Positions 62,930 to 64,000 of a stretch of DNA of 64,000 nucleotides are shown here, one piece after another; the first letter of the stretch is position 1, and each line of letters starts with the position of its first letter. The DNA is taken from contig OZ316776.1 in NCBI GenBank assembly GCA_973851085.1, positions 9,362,001 to 9,426,000 of the forward strand, written 5' to 3'. The notes beneath the pieces were generated by a model. The model searched no databases, was not told where the DNA came from, and was given only the letters and a program-made list of their open reading frames with translations. The position numbers and the translations under genes are program-made. The stretch comes from Ptychomitrium polyphyllum (taxonomy: Eukaryota).

Positions 62930-64000
62930 AAAAAGAACATAAAAAGAACATAAAAAGAACATAAAAAGAACATAAAAAGCACATAAAAAGAACATAAAAA
63001 GAACATAAAAAGCACATAAAAAGAACATAAAAAGAACATAAAAAGAACATATAAAAAGAACATAAAAAGAACATATAAAAAGAACATAAAAAGAACATAT
63101 AAAAAGAACATAAAAAGAACATAAAAAGAACATATAAAAAGAACATAAAAAGAATATAAAAAGAACATAAAAAGAACATATAAAAAGAACATAAAAAGAA
63201 CATAAAAAGAACATATAAAAAGAACATATAAAAAGAACATAAAAAGAACATATAAAAAGAACATATAAAAAGAACATAAAAAGAACATATAAAAAGAACA
63301 TAAAAAGAACATATAAAAAGAACATTAAAAGAACATAAAAAGAACATATAAAAAGAACATAAAAAGAACATAAAAAGAACATATAAAAAGAACATAAAAA
63401 GAACATATAAAAAGAACATAAAAAGAACATATAAAAAGAACATAAAAAGAACATATAAAAAGAACATATAAAAAGAACATATAAAAAGAACATAAAAAGA
63501 ACATATAGAAAGAACATAAAAAGAACATATAAAAAGAACATATAAAAAGAACATAAAAAGAACATATAAAAAGAACATATAAAAAGAACATAAAAAGAAC
63601 ATATAAAAAGAACATATAAAAAGAACATTAAAAGAACATAAAAAGAACATATAAAAAGAATATAAAAAGAACATAAAAAGAACATATAAAAAGAACATAT
63701 AAAAAGAACATAAAAAGAACATAAAAAGAACATAAAAAGAACATATAAAAAGAACATAAAAAGAACATATAAAAAGAACATAAAAAGAACATATAGAAAG
63801 AACATAAAAAGAACATATAAAAAGAACATATAAAAAGAACATAAAAAGAACATAAAAAGAACATATAAAAAGAACATAAAAAGAACATAAAAAGAACATA
63901 TAAAAAGAACATATAAAAAGAACATAGAAAGAACATATAAAAAGAACATTAAAAGAACATATAAAAAGAACATTAAAAGAACATAAAAAGAACATATAAA
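62930..64000. repeat. Minisatellite of interspersed 11-bp (AAAAAGAACAT) and 13-bp (AAAAAGAACATAT) units, running off the window edge
   Basis: Read directly. Rare variants include AAAAAGCACAT, AAAAAGAATAT, TAAAAGAACAT and AGAAAGAACAT. Confidence 0.98.

Noticed and set aside
62847..63995. Long minus-strand ORFs (382 aa, 354 aa and others) rich in F/Y/L/C/M
   Set aside because: Artefacts of the stop-poor minisatellite; they occur in all three frames and have no protein-like complexity.

Overview
Eukaryotic, intron-rich land-plant nuclear DNA. A moss/bryophyte origin is inferred from gene content, GC-rich exons and interspersed AT-rich blocks, not proven. Seven spliced genes could be reconstructed exon by exon: a GH32 acid invertase with the 9-nt DPN mini-exon (-), a 2OG-Fe(II) dioxygenase (+), a 3-ketoacyl-CoA synthase (+), phosphomannomutase (+), a glutaredoxin-domain/4xCxxC protein (+), beta-ureidopropionase (+) and an EXS-family membrane protein (+). 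An eighth, a plant-type sulfite-oxidase-like molybdoenzyme (-), also reconstructs fully. The window further holds a single-exon ORF resembling a stand-alone LEAFY SAM oligomerisation domain, a truncated mitochondrial-type trnK(UUU), several short tandem duplications and a >1 kb A-rich minisatellite at the right end. The most interesting observations are (1) the LFY-SAM-only ORF, a candidate microProtein; (2) the intact sulfite oxidase paralogue in which the canonical active-site Arg and Tyr are replaced by Cys and Phe and Cys-rich segments are added; (3) a tandemly duplicated, frame-preserving exon 34 nt from its twin in the EXS gene, i.e. candidate mutually exclusive exons. All family assignments rest on recalled motifs; no database searches were run.
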